Assembly: GCF_001194135.2 (NCBI RefSeq)
Contig: NC_068987.1
Span: forward strand, 85,169,261-85,207,993
Source of the DNA: Octopus bimaculoides
Lineage: Eukaryota
Direction: 5' to 3'
DNA: 38,733 nt
Below, in pieces: positions 1-11,010 of this stretch. The notes beneath the pieces are model-generated. The model saw only the letters and a list, made by a program, of their open reading frames with translations, searched no databases and had not been told where the DNA came from. Every line of letters starts with the position of its first letter. Position 1 is the first letter of the stretch. Both the position numbers and the translations under genes were made by a program.

Positions 1-989
1 ACCGCAAAAGGTCTAAATTATACTCCTTAAGGATCGTTCTCCTTGGTTATATATCCAAAGTTTTAAATTTAAAATAGAGTTTTAACGCTAATATACATTA
101 TTATTGAAATAATAATAATAATGGATATTAGCGTCAAAACTCTCTTTTAAATTTAAAACTGTATATATATATGTGTGTGTGTATGTATATATATATAAAT
201 ACATATATATATATTGTGTACGACATATATAGTTGTTTTATAATGTTTTCAATATTTTTTGTTTGAAGAAAGCGAAGTCAAATCAATGTTACGTACGTTT
301 CCGCGAACCAACGTCATTTATTTCATATTACATACGAAGTCATGCTATTCATGCAGTCAATGTCATAAAATTAGCGTTCGTACACTTCTTCAGACATGTT
401 TTTGTATTAATATATTTGTGTGTGCGCCAGTGTGTGTGTGTGTGCGCGCGCACATGCACGTGCGTATTTGTGCTGGTTATCGTATATATGTGGATGTGTA
501 TGTTATCCAATATGGATGGATAGACGAATCTGTATTCACATAAACACAGATATTTATACCATTATGAATACGTAGATTATCATTTTTTATGTTCTCACCA
601 GTAATGGTTTCAACGTAGAGTATACATAATAGCGTTTGTACAACTTGCAGATATATGGGGAGTGTTTCGTTTGCTAAAGCCGCATTACTGTGTAATATGC
701 ATACGTTCATACTTGCATGCATAAATATATATACGTATACATATATTACATATATGCATACAAAAACACATGCATGTGTATTGTAAGTACCTATAAAATT
801 ATGTATATGTGCGTATATATATATATAATATCTCGTGTTATCTCATTTTGTCTAATTTAGATATGTATATATATATATATGCATACACAGTCACATATAT
901 ACAAGCATACACACACACACATACACATATATGTTTATATTCGTATATACACAGATATATATATTATGTCTATATACGTACATATATGC

Positions 990-1026
<37 letters not shown>

Positions 1027-1314
1027 TGTATATCAATACAATACGCATATATATGTGATATTTGTGTGCGAGCGTGTGTGTTTGTGTGCATAGATGTCGA
1101 TGATTATGTATATATTATGGATGTATGTGTATGTGTATGTATTAAAACGCAGTTATTTTTATAATATTTTGGTTGAGCTTAACATGAAAGACATCTAAAT
1201 CTACGGTACTTAATTTCCATTTAATATTTCGCCTTAAGACTCTAATCACATATTAGTTGTTTACTATTCTGCAGAATATCTAATAAGTTTGCAATATATA
1301 AATATGTTTATTAA

Positions 1315-1352
1315 TGTATGTATGTATGTATGTGTGTATGTATGTATGTATG

Positions 1353-1405
<53 letters not shown>
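1315..1405. repeat. Compound (ATGT)n(ATCT)n microsatellite
   Basis: Read directly from the sequence. Confidence 0.95.
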
Positions 1406-1888
1406 GTTTGCAATTATGGGACTTCACTGCATGGCATCTTCGGCGAGTGTCTTTTCTCATTGCGTCTGTTCTATTGTCATTTGAATTCTAATGGCCAGCC
1501 TGCTCACGATTTGTTACAATGAGATATTTTCTTACTGGTGAACCTGTCGACGTAATATTGAATCAATTCAGCGTGACTGAATACACTATGAATTAAATAA
1601 ATGACTATCAAATAGCAAGGGTTCTGCCATTAGCGCCTGTTGATATGGGCGACTGTAATACGTCCAGAAAACTTTCGAAGATGTAGAATGAGTGAAACAG
1701 TTATTCAGTCTATGTAAATCCCACGAGATATATTTTGGGTGCTTCATTCTTTCATTTATTCACTCACTCGTGTGTGTATGAATATATACATAAAGATTCG
1801 CCATGTTGAACCGTTGAATTTGCCATATTGAGCCGCTGGTTCTACAAGGTTTTTTTTTCATTCTCCTTCTGTTTGTTTTCTCTTATTT

Positions 1889-1982
1889 CTTTCTGTCGAT
1901 GAGCATAGGCTCGAAGCGTAAAAGTTTTTTTCCTTTTTCCCGAGCGTCTAAGTAATACATTTGCTTGTTGTTCATACACCAG
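1889..1982 (+). mobile_element. Dispersed repeat beginning with a degenerate minimal hammerhead ribozyme (Penelope pLTR/retrozyme-like), copy 1
   Basis: CTTT-CTGtCGAt-GAGC ATAG GCTC-GAAgC-GTA-AAAG followed by a tail (ttcccgagcgtctaagtaatacatttgcttgttgttcatacacc) homologous to 19731-19850. A short gap and (TA)n follow. Confidence 0.6.
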
Positions 1983-2019
1983 NNNNNNNNNNATATATAT
2001 ATATATATATATATATACA

Positions 2020-2135
2020 TCAGAAGCTTGCTTTGAAACCACATGGTTATGCTAAGTGTCTTATGCTATAGCCTTTGGCCGACTAAAGCATTTTCAATCG
2101 ATTGGTAGACGGAAACTGAAAAGAAGCAGTCGTAT
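2020..2135 (+). mobile_element. SINE family B, 5' fragment
   Basis: gaagcttgct...accacatggtt...aagtgtctt..gctatagcct..ggccgactaaagc...ggtagacggaaactgaaaagaagc.gtcgta matches the 5' half of the copy at 35834-36199. Confidence 0.8.
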
Positions 2136-2154
2136 GTATGTATGTATCCATCTC

Positions 2155-2221
<67 letters not shown>

Positions 2222-2309
2222 GTCTATCTGTCTCTCTATCTGTCCGTCTGTCTATCTATTTATCTATCGATCTTTTGTCTTCAAATTATCTCAGTCAATG
2301 AACTCTGAC

Positions 2310-2610
2310 GATGTTATGGCACAGCCTTGAAAGGGTTACTCAAACAAATCGATCCTAGTACTGACTTTTTAAAACCTGGTACTTAATCTATGAATCACTT
2401 TTGCCGAACCGCTAGGTTGCGGTGAAATAAGCCAACTAACACCGGTTGCGAAGCAGCGATGGGCCAGACACAAACACACATACACGCATACATAGATATA
2501 TGCATACACACACATTCGTATTCACAAGGCTTTGGCCACCCGGTAGGCTATAGCTGAAGGTACTTGCTATGAAGGAAATTTCCTATTACCACATAACCTT
2601 GCCTGCGTGC
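2310..2610 (-). mobile_element. SINE family B, degenerate copy
   Basis: caaatcgatcctagtact...ttttgccgaaccgctaggtt...acaccggttg...(CA)n...cacaaggctttggcc...gctatag is the reverse complement of the family B body. Confidence 0.8.
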
Positions 2611-2725
2611 GCGCGTGCACACACACACACATTTATATAATCTTTGATATAAGTGCATATCAAATGAAATACGCAAATTGACATATTCGGGATTCACCAT
2701 GTATTACTAAACAGGATTAGGAACG

Positions 2726-2748
2726 TAGTAGTCGTAGTCGTAGTAGTC

Positions 2749-2800
<52 letters not shown>

Positions 2801-2908
2801 CCCTTGTTCACGATATATTCCTGTGAATATTGCGCAAAAATGTGGGGTTTTTTGACGTGCCTTAATTAATCATAGTAATTAACTTGTCTGTAATAATAAT
2901 AATAATAA

Positions 2909-2939
<31 letters not shown>

Positions 2940-3097
2940 AAGAAGAAGAAGAAGAAGAAGAAGAAGAAGAAGAAGAAGAAGAAGAAGAAGAAGAAGAAGA
3001 AGAAGAAGAAGAAAAAGAAGAAGACGAAGAAGAAGAAGAAGTATCATTATTATTATTATTATTATTGTTATTATTATTATCATTATTATTATTATTA
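2726..3097. repeat. (GTA)n array, then (AAT)n(AAG)n(ATT)n compound microsatellite
   Basis: Read directly. It produces the poly-R, poly-I and poly-L ORFs at 2862-3123. Confidence 0.95.
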
Positions 3098-3239
3098 TAC
3101 TAACAGGGTTCATTAAATTGTAATTGGTGTTATTTAGGTTAATACAATCTCATCCTTATTGCTGTGTAAAACATTTTAAAATTAACTTGATATTTTATGT
3201 GTTTATTTTAGAAATCCTCAGCATTTTGCCTACGTGTGC

Positions 3240-3271
<32 letters not shown>

Positions 3272-3791
3272 ATGACTGCTTGCGTATATGCATGTATGTG
3301 ATTATATATGGATTCGTGCATGTATGTGTTTAGCAGTGCATATGTAGTATATGCATACGAGGAAATTGCCTTACAAAGCCCATCCAGATACATATTTACA
3401 TACATACATGCNNNNNNNNNNATATATACACATTCACACATTTTCCGTATTTATGTGTTTATGTTCTTATATACATCCAATTTATGTATAGCTATTAAAC
3501 AAGTTACATCTGCATACACTCCCACCTCTATATGCACGCATAAATTCATTCCACTGTCAATATACATACATAAATTCATATATATACACACACTTGTATA
3601 TATGCATATATATATATATATATGTCTACGTATATATGTGTATGTATATATATATGAATATATATATACATATGCCTACACATATATATATACATACATA
3701 AGCAAACGTATATGACTATTTCTCTCTCTCTCCCTCACTCTCTATCCATGTGAATGTGTGTATATGTTGTGCGTGTATGATTTCATATACA

Positions 3792-3797
3792 TTTATT
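3792..3797 (-). promoter_or_regulatory. Candidate polyadenylation signal for HS3ST
   Basis: AATAAA on the minus strand about 210 nt after the stop codon. A further copy lies at 3202-3207. AT-rich DNA makes chance hits likely. Confidence 0.25.
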
Positions 3798-4008
3798 TAC
3801 ATGCTTCTGTTTGTCTGTGTTTTGTATGTATATTTTGTTTCACCTTTTTTTAAAAAAAAATACAAATTAACGTATTTTGAGAAAAAATATTAGAATATAA
3901 TTAAAAGTGCATTCATGCATTTTAAGCGCAAACGTTATTAAACACGTATTAATGAAAATTAACTGCTTCGGTATATGCACAAATGGCTTATTAATTTACA
4001 TTTTACAC

Positions 4009-4627
4009 TCAGGGCCACTCGAAATCTCGATTGACCATTTTATAAAACTTTGAATTAAATGGCCGATAGAAGTCTCGTAGTCTTTGTATTACACTAGGGT
4101 CTATTGTTGGGTGTTGTCTCCCTTTTGTTTTCCCTAAACAATGTGGGTGGCCACTGCCTTCAGGTTTTTTCAGACAAGGGAATCCTTTAGTTTCATTAAA
4201 GAAGAAATGTTTTTCATTTATTATTCGCTTCAGACCCAGAAAATCTTGTAATAAAGCCATCTCACCAGCTGGGTCACTGATCAACTTCTCTCCACTTACA
4301 AAATGCATTTGTTGAAGTGGAAAATATTTAAGCCAGAGCTCAAGGTGTTTGGCATATACACCAATTCGAATGGCACCCCATGATGTGTCGACTATCCTCG
4401 AGCTGTTATTAACGAAAACCATTTGTTCGAATTGCCGAACTGATCGTCTCTTTGTCATAGTTTGTGTATAATCCGAGATGGCTCGTGTGACAGGGTCACG
4501 CACTACAACGATTAGTTTCACCTGCTTAGACATATTATAGATTCTTTGTGGTACATCACGCGTTATGAAATAACTCGGCGTTTTCTCCATCGAAATTTGT
4601 CCTTCAATTGTCAAGGGCATCTTACTC
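4009..4627 (-). CDS. HS3ST: Terminal coding exon of heparan sulfate glucosamine 3-O-sulfotransferase, HS3ST2/3A/3B/4/6-like (C-terminal 205 aa of the sulfotransferase domain; partial gene)
   Basis: The translation [20 protein letters not shown]...[20 protein letters not shown]...[26 protein letters not shown]...[10 protein letters not shown]...DFEWP* carries the HS3ST EKTPxYF motif, the 3'-phosphate-binding RDPxxRAISDY motif and the C...CLGKxKGR disulfide/PAPS loop. The ORF-track N-terminus ([15 protein letters not shown]) is intronic polypyrimidine tract. The exon starts after ...TTTCTTTGCAG at 4627 (phase 2, last base of an Arg codon); TGA is at 4011-4009. The symbol is family level only. 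Confidence 0.96.
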
Positions 4628-4650
4628 CTGCAAAGAAACGAAAAGTCAAA
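4628..4650 (-). promoter_or_regulatory. 3' splice acceptor of the HS3ST terminal exon
   Basis: The minus strand reads TTTGACTTTTCGTTTCTTTGCAG|GAGTAAGATG, a polypyrimidine tract plus CAG. It falls where HS3ST genes have the WYR|xxMP intron. Confidence 0.9.
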
Positions 4651-4840
4651 ATAAGTAAATGAATAAATATTCAAGTAACAAAAATATGTAATTCATGAAA
4701 AATATTCATTAAAAAAATAATGGGAATAAATAAAGTCTCTTTATTGTCATTAATAACCTGCAGGAGAGAATGGATGTTACTGATGAGATTTTGACAAACC
4801 TAAATGATCCACTGAATGACCAAAAATTAAGCAAATGATC

Positions 4841-4918
4841 CATTAAATAGTTAACCAATTAATGATTAATGAATAATAAAGAAATGAAATAGAACCAATG
4901 CTTGTGTTTATTATTTGC
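4841..4918 (+). repeat. Unclassified dispersed repeat of about 75 bp, copy 1
   Basis: cattaaatagttaaccaatt...aataataaa.aa.tgaaa.agaaccaa....tgtgttt aligns with 10382-10457. Confidence 0.7.
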
Positions 4919-4988
4919 GTAATATTCCATCGTCTGTGTGTATTTATAGATATATATGTATGTGTGCTCACACACACATACACACACA

Positions 4989-5038
<50 letters not shown>

Positions 5039-5039
5039 T

Positions 5040-5150
5040 GGTGCGGTGTCACCCAGTTTTCGTCCTCCGAATTCACTCACAAGGCATTGGTCACTTGTGA
5101 AAAACACTTACTCAACGTGTTTGCTACTAGATCCTCGGGTCAACAATGCT
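5040..5150 (-). mobile_element. SINE family B, 5'-half fragment
   Basis: cagttttcgtcctccgaattcactcacaaggcattggtc...aacacttactcaa sits next to a (CA)n tract, as in other copies. Confidence 0.65.
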
Positions 5151-5449
5151 TTGCGAGTGAATATAGTAAGCAGAAAAATAGAATTATTAAGAACTTTCTA
5201 GACAGTGTTGATTTTAATGATTGCTTTCTTTTAGTAACAGTTACATATGCCAAACTAATTACGAAGCAGCTTTATTACAGTTTAGATCTAATTCAAGGAC
5301 TATGTCGGTGGCATTCAAAATAACGATAACAGGGAGAAAGGAGCAGAGTTAGTCAAGAATCCGTTCAGTTAGCTACTTTCTTAACTATTTGCTAGTTTCG
5401 TCTTGATGGTGTTGGTAATGGTTACGAAAAAGAGGAGGTGCATACTGAA

Positions 5450-5524
5450 ACGAATGATAATGAGGATAATGATGTTGAGGATAATTATAATAATGATAAT
5501 GATGACAATAATATCAAATATGTC

Positions 5525-5580
<56 letters not shown>

Positions 5581-5598
5581 TAATAATAAAAATAATAA

Positions 5599-5649
<51 letters not shown>

Positions 5650-6124
5650 TCGTCATTATTATTATTATTTTAATTATGACAAGGTAAGGGAATAAGAAGA
5701 CAGCAATGATAATTATGAATTTCAACACACTTCAGGGTAAATGAGGAAGAAGAAGAAGAAGAAGAAGAAGAAGAAGAAGAAGAAGAAGAAGAAGAAGAAG
5801 AAGAAGAAATGTGAAAGGGGGAAAGTCATAACAGAAGCAGCCACAATGTGTATATCAACCTGAGAATTTATGATAATATCAACAACAATGACAATAGTAA
5901 TGGTTGTTGTTGTTGCTGTTGTTGTTGTTGTTGTTGTTGTTGTTGTGGTTGTGGTGGTGGTGGTGGTGATTGCCGTGGTGATAGTGTTAAAATGGGGAAC
6001 TGCCGAAGATAAAAAGGTTTCTGAATAGATATAGAGAAAAAGAAGTAGGACAACCGGTGCAAACCGGTGCAGCGAAAGCAAGCAACAGCAACAAAAATAA
6101 ACTAAATATAATCTCAACAACCAC

Positions 6125-6171
<47 letters not shown>

Positions 6172-6195
6172 TGATGATGATGATGATGATGCTGA

Positions 6196-6226
<31 letters not shown>

Positions 6227-6640
6227 CGAGAAGGAATATGAGGGAGAAAAGGGAGATAATAAAAGAGAAAAATGTAAACAATGAAAAAAAAGAAAAGAAA
6301 AAAGTTGTAGAAAGGAGAGAAAGAAAAGAAAAGAAAAAAAAAGAAAGATGGCGGTAAGGAATGTGCATGGAACATTTTGGGAAGAAAATGAAGAGGCCAG
6401 AGAGAAAATGTGGAAAAATGGCGGACGGTAAAATCAGAGAAAGTGTCTGTGTGTATCTGGCTATTTGGTGCTGTGGCATGGAGTGGTATGGCGAGTTTTT
6501 GCCCACGAACGAAGGAAGTAACTAACAACACCATCAGCAACAACAACAACATTGATAATAACTTCCAATCCCACTACAAGCATCGCCGCCACCAGCACTA
6601 ACACCACTACCGCCATCACCGCTTCTACAGCCACAAATGT
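5450..6640. repeat. Trinucleotide mosaic: AAT, AAG, GTT/GGT, AAT/GAT, CAA/CCA
   Basis: Read directly. It produces the low-complexity ORFs at 5381-6776. Confidence 0.9.
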
Positions 6641-7162
6641 ATGAAAGTACTAAAATAGACAACATAAAAGCAACGAAACGAAACAACAAAATTATTTCAC
6701 TGCAGGATATGGAATAATAGCGTACGGCTCTCTTCGCCAGTAATAATGTTGCTAGTACAGCAATTAAGAACGCCACCAGCGATAGCTGGAGCTTTTAACG
6801 AATGTTTTCAAACACTCATCCAAAATGACGTTTACCGCAGCCATAACACCGACCGACATTGCTAGACAACCATCTTCTGCCAAGCCTTTTGTCGTGTCTT
6901 CCTGCTCGTTGCTTTAAAATCCCACGCCTTTCATTCTTTCATTCTTTTTCTTATAAAATTTCATTGTTGTCTTCTGCTCATTTTTTCTTCTTTCTTTTTT
7001 TTTTCAGTTTATATGTCTTTCATTTTTATATGTTTGTTTTGCGTTTTGTTATTTTCTTTCATTTATTTATTTATTTATTTATATATTTATTTATTTATTT
7101 GCTTTCGACATTTTATTACATTTTATTGTTATTAATGTTATTTTCATTACGTTCTTATATTT

Positions 7163-7195
<33 letters not shown>

Positions 7196-8493
7196 CATGT
7201 TCGTTATATATATATAAATACATGCATTTATATAATTATATATATTCACATATAGCATGCACATATACATACATACACACACAAATACACACTCACACAC
7301 ATACACATATATACATATACACATACACAAAGATATATATACAAATGTGTGTGTGTGTGTGTATTTGCGTCTGTGTGTATTATATATCTGTATAAAATTA
7401 GATTCTCTCTTTCATACTCACACACACACACACACACACACACGTAAATACGCGTGTGCACGCACACACATACAAACAAACAAACGTCTGTGTATCTTGG
7501 AGTATATTTGGAGTAAATTTTCTCAATTTTTCATATTCTTAATCCATCATATTCAAATAATTTCGATAGTGGCTCTCAGAAGATATTTTTCATAATATTT
7601 TCCGTTCTTATTTAAGAACAGATCGACAGATGAATGAAAGGAAAAATCGATAACAATGTCTGACATTTTATTATAACATCAATATAATTCAATATTTATC
7701 TCTACTTTGAGATTCGAGCACTACTGTTTTCTCCACCTTATTTTGACCATATGCACTTGCACAAATGGATATCTTTTTTATATTTGACTTTTTTTAGCTA
7801 GGAACACAAATATGACGGAATATCGGTATCCACCATTCCTGAATTCGTCTCATTAGTCTATGACTTCCGTGTGTTTTAACACCCAGCATTATAAGGGAGT
7901 CGTCCCCCAAACGCTATGCACAGCGGAATCTGTAGAAGGTATAAAAAAAAAAGGCCTTTCAAGAACAGTAGTGGTTTATTGACTCGAACCCCTTGCGAGT
8001 CAACATGGGGGTCTCTTGATGACAATGTAAACTTCTTTTGATTAAGATACTTTTGGCCCGACGAATAGCTAACGGATTACTACTTCCGAGGTTCTTCTAG
8101 CTATGAAACATCTGCAGTGCGGTTACAGTTGGCATGTTCAATGAATTAATATTAAGATATGTGCCCGAGTTACTCCACTAACACGAGTGCTCTTAAAGTA
8201 GCAACACTCATGCATATTCCGCGTGATTATTCTGTAACAAAGCCGAATCAATTTCATTTCAGGTTCCGTTCAACAGTCGACAGTGGATGACACTTACCCT
8301 ATGCGCTGGACTGTGAAAAAGGAACCGGATGCTTTTACGAAGAGAATTTTTGAGCCAGTCAGCAATAGCTCTCCTTACTTACACGCACATGTTTGTATCT
8401 GCAAATGCACGGAGGAACGCGTGCACATGTTGTGTCCAAATGGCAGATGTTACAAAAGCGTTACATAATACTCATGAAGCACAATGCTCGAAA

Positions 8494-8573
<80 letters not shown>

Positions 8574-8640
8574 GGTACGTACACTCACACATACACACAC
8601 CACATACACACGCACACACACATACACATGTAGGTTACCG

Positions 8641-9061
8641 TTTACTTGTTTCAGTCGTTGGATTGCGTTCATGGTGGGGCACCACCTTGAAGAACTTAGT
8701 TGAACAAATCGATCCTGGTACCAATTTTTCTATGTCTGATATTTATTTCATTGCCCTCTTATGCCAAACCGTTACGTTACGGAGACGTAAACAAACTAAC
8801 ACCAGATATCAAGTGGTGGTGGAGGATAAACAGAAGCACAAAGTCTTACACACATACACGCACACATACATACACACACTCACTCACATACACACAAATA
8901 TATGAGGGGCTTCCACACAGTTTCCTCTACCTAATTCACTCACAAAGGCATTTGTGAGCCCAGAGCTATACCAGGTAACACTTGCTCACAGTGCAGCACT
9001 GTGGGATTGAACCCAAAATCACGCGGGTGCAAAGACAGCTTCTTAAACACCCAGCCATGCC
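8641..9061 (-). mobile_element. SINE family B, full-length old copy
   Basis: It runs from the tail (tttacttgtttcagtc) through the body and an internal (CA)n to the head (gggattgaaccc is a reversed B box; acccagccatgcc). Confidence 0.85.
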
Positions 9062-9694
9062 TACACTAGAATATATATATATATTTGAAGAAAGGAAGAG
9101 AAAGAGAAAGGGAGACAGAGAAAGAAACAGACTGTCAGACAGACAAAGACAGAAAATGACGTTCCTTAAAACTGCTCATTACAGTAACGACACCGCCAAT
9201 AAATATAATATACAAACTCAATAATACCACCCGTTTTTCCCATCCAAAGTGTCACACAGTCACACAACCATTGCACTAACTACATTAACGATTAATGACA
9301 GTTTTAATAGGTCTCCAGGCACAACTGCTGCTGCGTTTATCTGAATCAAAGAAGCGGGGGAAAAGAAAATGGCTATAACGCTCAAGTTATAATAAACAGT
9401 GACAGAAATTAACACTTAACTGCAAATATTCGTGAAATTACGTTGATAAAGAAATCTCTTCCACAACGATGAGTCAGATCGGTGCAAAAATGGCCGATTA
9501 TTGCTTGTGTTGTTTTGCTCATTGTTCTTATTATTGTTACTGTTTGCATTTTATAATGTACGCTGAATCTGTTGTAGTGGATGCAGTAGCAGCAGCAGTA
9601 GTAGTAGTGGTTGTTGTTGCTGTAGATTAATGGTCGTGGTGATGTTGATTATTATGTTAACATTATTGTGTTTGATAGAAGGACGGCTAGAATA

Positions 9695-9892
9695 GTTTGC
9701 TGGTAGAATCGTTTACGCGTCGGACAAAATGCCCAGCGACATTTCTTCCAGCTCTTTATGTTCTGAGTTCAAATTCCGCCAAGGTCAACTTTATCTGTCA
9801 TACAATAAAGTAAAAGAAAGTACCATTTGAGTACTGAGCTCAATGTCATAGACTGCCCCTCCCCCAGAATTTCTGCCCTTGTAATTAGGAAG
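9695..9892 (+). mobile_element. SINE family A, degenerate copy
   Basis: gctggtagaatcgtt...aaaatgc..agcgacattt...gttctgagttcaaattccgccaaggtcaacttt...aagtacca...cccctccccc. Confidence 0.8.
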
Positions 9893-9920
9893 ATTTATTG
9901 CGTTTTTTTTTTTTTTAATT

Positions 9921-10110
9921 GGCGAAGGAGAGGAATCATCATGTCTGAGAAATGCTTAGCGGGATTTCTCTCTGGTTCCTCAAATTCTTAGTTCAAATTC
10001 TGCAGAGGTCTTTACCTTCCCTCCTTTGGGGTCGATAAAATAAGTATCAGTTGGGCATTGAGATCGATGTAATCGACTAACATCCTTCTCTCTAAAATTC
10101 CTGGCTTTGA
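9921..10110 (+). mobile_element. SINE family A, degenerate copy in tandem with the previous one
   Basis: gaaatgcttagcgggattt...ttagttcaaattctgcagaggtc...cctttggggtcgataaaataagtatcagtt...gatcgatgtaatcgacta. Confidence 0.8.
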
Positions 10111-10381
10111 ATCTTTGTGTTTCATTGGTCTGTGTTACGTTGTTGTTTTAATTTGACCCCATTTCAAATCTGTTGGATCACAACTACGATAAACAAACGT
10201 AACCATTCCATTCTTTTAAAAGTAATTCTAGATCAGCAGTTCTTTACACGGAAGGAAACCTCTAGGATTCCAGCAGCAAACTTAGGGATTCGAAAAAGAG
10301 AAATGTCTTTAACTGTAGAAAAGTTCTACTTGCCATCTGTTATGTTTTGGGAGAATCATTATACCAATAATAAACTCGAAC

Positions 10382-10457
10382 CATTTAAATAGTTAACCAA
10401 TTCACAAATTAATAATAAAAACTGAAAAAGAACCAAAATATGTGTTTGATATTGGCA
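10382..10457 (+). repeat. Unclassified dispersed repeat of about 75 bp, copy 2
   Basis: It aligns with 4841-4918 in the same orientation. Confidence 0.7.
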
Positions 10458-10845
10458 TAACAGCCCTCCCATGATATGACATTTACTACGACGATAATAT
10501 TCATATCCCCATAGACTCAGGAGCATGAGATGCAAACGTACTGGTAATTATTTTGTGGAGGATGGGACAGTGGAAACGCTTTGAACATCCTCTTGAAAAA
10601 CTGGATTTGCACCCCTCTATAAACAAATTTCGTTTCAGCACTTATCTACATCATTCGATATGAAATGGAAGGTTTCTACGAAGCATATCTCCCTAAATTA
10701 CATACTTAGTTTCATAAAAATCAAAAATGAACTAGAAATTGGATTATGCTGTCTATGACAAATTGACTGAAACCTATACGAAAGACGTTGAAACAGTTGT
10801 GAACAAAAGTCATAAAGAGACAACTCAAACAGAGCTGCCTTTTAT

Positions 10846-11010
<165 letters not shown>

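Noticed and set aside
4628-4674. N-terminal [15 protein letters not shown] of the 221-aa ORF
   Set aside because: It is an intronic polypyrimidine tract read in frame. Homology begins at the acceptor at 4627.
6052-6071. AACCGGTGCA tandem duplication, and GATCGGTGCA shared by about 9477 and 31018
   Set aside because: These are too short to exceed chance or simple slippage.
5381-6776. Poly-N/I/L/Q/H/T ORFs, including the hydrophobic MAFLIAVLATLLLAKR... ORF as a possible HS3ST signal-anchor exon
   Set aside because: They are trinucleotide-repeat translations. There is no KKGGTRALL 5'-PSB motif and no donor in the required phase.
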